A stretch of 59,387 bases of DNA, filler included, from Candidatus Woesearchaeota archaeon CG1_02_57_44 (GTDB lineage: Archaea > Nanobdellota > Nanobdellia > Woesearchaeales > CG1-02-57-44): the NCBI GenBank assembly GCA_001871415.1. It is 6 parts of 6 records of this genome, joined end to end, with 100 filler letters (N's around TTAATTAATTAA, not from the genome) between each part and the next. Parts side by side here need not be neighbours in the genome. Positions count along the whole stretch, not along the records: positions 53,530 to 59,387 come from MNWW01000027.1; 5 more parts are not named here. One strand, written 5' to 3'. A program made the translations under genes and the position numbers. Below are positions 56,501 to 59,387 of this stretch, piece after piece. The first letter of the stretch is position 1. Each line of letters begins with the position of its first letter. Below the pieces are notes generated by a model. It saw only the letters and a list, made by a program, of their open reading frames with translations. It was not told where the DNA came from and did no database searches.

Positions 56501-58269
56501 CGTACCGCTACCGGCTGTATGACACCAATGGCAGCTGGATACACTCCAGCTGGCAGGACGGCCAGAGCGCCGCAGCGGTCACGATCACGACGGACCTTGA
56601 GAACGGCCATAACTATACGCTCGCGGTGCAGGCCATCAACAGCGTCGGGCTCAACAGCAGCACGGCCTGGTCTGATGGCATCATCGTGGATATCGATCCG
56701 CCCTTCGCGCCCACGCTCAGCAGCCCGACGCACCCGACAGAGACCAACTGGACCAATGCCAATGAGCCCCTCTTCCTGTTCAACAGCTCCGATGCCACGA
56801 GCAGCATCGCTGCCTACAGCTATCTGCTCGACCAGTCCGCGCTCACGACGCCAGACCTGATACCTGAGCAGGGCAGCAACATCACTTTCGCGGCTGTTGA
56901 TGACGGCATCTACTACTTCCATGTCATGGCACGCGACAATGCCAGCAACTGGGGGAGCGCCAGCCACTACACCATCCGCGTTGACACGAGCGCACCGAGC
57001 ATCCCGCAGATGAATGGCAGCGTCTTTGCCAACACCACGAATGTCACCATCACCTGGTTCGCGTCATCAGACATCTCGGGCATCGCCGGCTACTATCTGG
57101 AAGTGGGCAGCACATCAGGAGGTAATGACACGTTCGCGGCTGACGTGGACAATGTCACGAGCTACAATGTCGACCTTTCCGCTGCCGGTGACTACTTCGC
57201 GCGCGTCAAGGCGCGAAACGGCGCGGGCATCTGGAGCGCGTGGAGCAGCAGTGTCTCAGCCATCGCGGATACCACCGCTCCCGCGCCCTGGTCCATCAAG
57301 CCGAATGCCACGGTCGTGTCGCGCAGCGTCATCATCGTCGCCAAGACGACGGAGAACGCGACGTGCTACCAGAAGCGCGACATCTTCGCGTACACCAACT
57401 TCACGATCACCGGCACTACCTACCATGAGGTGCGTGTCACTGTGGAGAACCTGAGCCAGGAATACACGTACTCAATCAAGTGCGTCGATGCTGTCGGCAA
57501 CGCCAATGTCAGCACCATCGCCTTCACGCCTGAGTCCACCTCGCCTGACGCGGTCACGGTGGCCAATGTCACGGGCTATGTCGGACAGCTCGCGAGATTC
57601 AATATCACGGTCAGTGCCAGCGGAGCAGGACTCGGCGAGATACCTGCCAGCAGCATGAATGTGACGCTCAATGGCCTGCTCGTACCTGACGACTCGTTTG
57701 AGGACCTCGGCAATGGTCGCTACCAGGTCGCGTTCACGCTGCCCGCTGTGGCGGGCGAATATACCCTGAAAGTGTCTGCTCTGGGGGTCTCTGGCAGCGC
57801 CACTGCCACAGTGGGCGATCTGCTGCTCACGGTCAGCCTCGCCGGCGCAGGGGCTACCGCTGACGCAGCACGCGCCAAGACCGTCTATGGGACGCTCGGA
57901 GCGAGCCAGGTCGGTGTCGCGACCGACAGCCCGACGGCCTCGGGCAATGCCACGGGCGGCTCGTTCTTGCTGAGCGCGAATGCTGCTGACTCCACGGACA
58001 GCAGGATGTATGTGTTCATGACCAGCCCGGGAGCGCCTGTGGAGCAGCGCGAATCATACCTGCGCTCACGCACGTTCGCGACGCAGGACAAGCCCAGCTT
58101 CGGCAGGGCCATGGATGGACCAGTAGATGTGCAGGTACGCCTTGCATATGACGATGTGAGCATCATTGGCACGGACACGCTGGAGACCGGAAGGCACACG
58201 CTCATCATCCGCAACCTTGGCTTTAATCGCACGACCAACAAGACCATGATAGAGATCAGGAGCCGATAA
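53530..58269 (+). CDS. Giant surface glycoprotein (5'-truncated) with Ig-like/Fn3 domains and a pentapeptide repeat region
   Basis: D.T.P domain boundaries, Fn3-like W..S..Y motifs, (N/D)STIx repeats, two L.D.G...D...D.IYT motifs and dense N-x-S/T sequons. Confidence 0.9.
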   Translation, partial: SEVLREYTGTVNSQQYLMGLLWDTTGSMDDPADGPFSALPDGRYGINITARDNVNRTGNAIAYTWVDRTLPNLTDNSSALGWLSHNASVLINASDTYFNTTRWCVHNVSDGPCVPASPSSRSGVEVNLTCEPQRVCQLGISYTAQDHAGNNASVTETSMFQLAIGMAISNDTIINSSIVVNSSINSSEIWNSTIDNSTIDNSTINQSTGNQSWINHSTIWNSTITNSTIQNSSTYDSTINQSQLADSTITDSTIDNSTVWQSTINQSDIDSSWINHSTLWNSTITNSTKINSSVIRSVNSFSIIHHSEEIDSSITWCDVSGSIINTSSTNQSGSRGCTIVDSALHETTLRGGSVTNSFIDPSIIVDSTITDSVITNSTVRYSTVENATLITMDVFEAGITGDILSSGRVTYHNQTYYAPYALSAIYAGNNPSTIGTLAVNKSILRNGDMVLITFSSGAVVQNVTLNASGLGGGMLRLNDTGQGWDIAKDDGIYTSAPITVSASEPNATITARVIDGLGNSWQANLTVPVDNTAPGFLSTRVAYPSNQSYATEGQTVTVTIETGAADISSALLDCRSLGAGVTTLSASPSDNGNWSSQCTLTNTSQAGSINITANLTDLAGNRNGTAITIILDSEAPEAPGDLQVADAPYDTDGTVSLTWAPSSSSDVVSYNVYRSDVTPVQIIAGNLLKTSTTNSTTDSASSGTYYWAITALDSAGLESAASNEANTTITSASPRIQDIQVRYPGSQSKAKNGDTVRVMATVTASVELANVTVNASGIASITDQGIFSAYDYGTLGDDVLGDDVYTASITLNGTSGTANASVSITANDTASLTTTRNMTVLYDNIAPNVTVLVVSSGATGFSQTHENYTASRTVTVQANYTDDSGILTCAFANEDGSFTAEESCTSAKDWLLSAGDGEKTVFVRVMDVAGNNATANDTIILNQTGVGLDVTPPSAPTVLDDGHYTNGNSSLHFTWSGASDHESDLLHLPLTYRYRLYDTNGSWIHSSWQDGQSAAAVTITTDLENGHNYTLAVQAINSVGLNSSTAWSDGIIVDIDPPFAPTLSSPTHPTETNWTNANEPLFLFNSSDATSSIAAYSYLLDQSALTTPDLIPEQGSNITFAAVDDGIYYFHVMARDNASNWGSASHYTIRVDTSAPSIPQMNGSVFANTTNVTITWFASSDISGIAGYYLEVGSTSGGNDTFAADVDNVTSYNVDLSAAGDYFARVKARNGAGIWSAWSSSVSAIADTTAPAPWSIKPNATVVSRSVIIVAKTTENATCYQKRDIFAYTNFTITGTTYHEVRVTVENLSQEYTYSIKCVDAVGNANVSTIAFTPESTSPDAVTVANVTGYVGQLARFNITVSASGAGLGEIPASSMNVTLNGLLVPDDSFEDLGNGRYQVAFTLPAVAGEYTLKVSALGVSGSATATVGDLLLTVSLAGAGATADAARAKTVYGTLGASQVGVATDSPTASGNATGGSFLLSANAADSTDSRMYVFMTSPGAPVEQRESYLRSRTFATQDKPSFGRAMDGPVDVQVRLAYDDVSIIGTDTLETGRHTLIIRNLGFNRTTNKTMIEIRSR
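54037..54700 (+). repeat. 15-bp/pentapeptide (N/D)-S-T-I-x repeat array
   Basis: Recurrent AACAGCACCATC/GACAGCACCATC, with a higher-order duplication of about 60 aa (SWINHSTxWNSTITNST twice). Confidence 0.88.
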
Positions 58270-58360
58270 TGGTGCGCAAACTTGTGCAGGCAGGGGGATG
58301 TGCCAGCTGCGCTCGAGATCACCCTGGCAGTGGACTGATGATGCGCACAGGTGAACGCTG

Positions 58361-58855
58361 ATGTGGGATTCCATTATTCCCTTCTTTTTGATTGTCACGG
58401 TCAGCTTCGCGGTCATGGAGAAGGGCAATATCTTATCTGATCGCAAGAAGCACGCTGTCGTGGCCATACTGCTCGCGCTCATCGTGGTGATGCCCCACGC
58501 CGCCGGGTTGTATCTAGGCACGTGGGATCCTGTCAACTTCCTCAACCTCCTGCTTCCGTTCGTAGCCCTGCTGCTTGTAGGCCTCTTCTGCCTGCTGCTG
58601 CTCATCGGACCTTGGGGACCGAAGGTGGACTACAAGCTGCTGCTCGCTATCATCATCGGCATCGAGCTCGTCATCCCTGACTCGCTCATCTGGGGCAGCA
58701 TCCTCGCCAAGTACGCGCCGGAAAGCGCGCGTGTCATCTGGGCGCAGGTGAAAGGGTTTCTGATAGCGCTTCTTGTCTTTCTGCTGCTCATCTGGTATAT
58801 CACCCGGGATCCTCCGGCGCGTGGGGATAGTGCTGGTAAAGAGAAAAACAATTAA
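58361..58855 (+). CDS. Multi-pass membrane protein
   Basis: About 5 hydrophobic segments; AGGTGA Shine-Dalgarno. Confidence 0.8.
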   Translation: MWDSIIPFFLIVTVSFAVMEKGNILSDRKKHAVVAILLALIVVMPHAAGLYLGTWDPVNFLNLLLPFVALLLVGLFCLLLLIGPWGPKVDYKLLLAIIIGIELVIPDSLIWGSILAKYAPESARVIWAQVKGFLIALLVFLLLIWYITRDPPARGDSAGKEKNN

Positions 58856-58878
58856 AGCGCAGGAGCCGTAATACCTGC

Positions 58879-59268
58879 ATGCATCATCGCAAGGGCCAGT
58901 TCTACTTGTTCACCGCGGTCATACTCATCGGGCTTGCCGCCGCTCTCGCGATAACGGTGCAAAAGCCAAAGGTCATGGACAGAAGCTTCGAATTGCTGTC
59001 AGATAACTTCCTGCAGGAAGCGCCGNNNNNNNNNNNNNNGCAGGTAGTCTCCAGCGCAAGGCATGATGATACTGATGTTCTCATCAGGTTCCGCAATTTC
59101 TCAGATATGTACCTTGATTACGCGCGCAGCGTGGACTCGCAATTCGGCATGGTCACCACGCTGCAGGTGGATGGGCGGATGCTGGTGGTCAATTACCTTG
59201 GCGATGCCGCGCAGGTGACGCTGGAAGGCACTGATGTTATTGAAAGTCGCAATGGCACGCTTGCCTGA
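58879..59268 (+). CDS. Class III signal peptide (pilin-like) protein; contains an N gap
   Basis: RKG-QFYLFTAVILIGL. Confidence 0.75.
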   Translation: MHHRKGQFYLFTAVILIGLAAALAITVQKPKVMDRSFELLSDNFLQEAPXXXXXQVVSSARHDDTDVLIRFRNFSDMYLDYARSVDSQFGMVTTLQVDGRMLVVNYLGDAAQVTLEGTDVIESRNGTLA

Positions 59269-59313
59269 GGACTAGGTTCTTGCTACGACCTCCTCATTGA
59301 TTTATGGTATGGA

Positions 59314-59387
59314 ATGACAAAAATCCGCCACTCGACGCTAACCGCGGCCTGAAGGCCGCTGTATTGCCGCGCCTCGTCATTGCAGGC
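59314..59387. repeat. Dispersed repeat copy 3 (variant, cut by the window end)
   Basis: Matches 77-150 with about 5 substitutions. Confidence 0.92.

Noticed and set aside
58335..58362. C/D-box-like TGATGA..CTGA
   Set aside because: Too short for a guide sRNA and overlaps the Shine-Dalgarno and start of the next gene.

Overview
This is archaeal DNA, most consistent with a GC-rich DPANN (Woesearchaeota-like) metagenome-assembled genome. The taxonomy is inferred from archaeal marker genes (gatD, type II gap, pelota, taw1, cdc48, dys, DUF357), TATA-box promoters with leaderless starts, and DPANN-style class III signal-peptide proteins. The window is not contiguous: five 100-bp N/TTAATTAATTAA/N linkers join six contigs, and there are three small internal N gaps. 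Content includes translation and tRNA-modification genes, four tRNAs, carbohydrate and acetate fermentation genes, amt-glnK-glnA, lysA with an Lrp regulator, a RelE-type toxin-antitoxin pair, a DsbA cluster and several surface proteins. The most notable observations are: (1) a 137-bp two-domain palindromic element present as two identical inverted copies plus a variant copy and an isolated core motif, always at gene 3' ends and near contig ends; (2) a structured ~153-nt segment bracketed by a 13-nt duplication of the tRNA-Ala 5' end; (3) tRNA-Arg(UCU) with a 44-nt non-canonical D-loop intron and a clean bulge-helix-bulge motif; (4) a closed, structured leader upstream of lysA; (5) a membrane-anchored NlpC/P60-like hydrolase next to a pilin-like gene; (6) a triplet of unannotated paralogs; (7) recurrent short tandem duplications and low-complexity loop insertions in housekeeping proteins. 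No database searches or folding programs were run; all calls come from motif recognition and manual base pairing.
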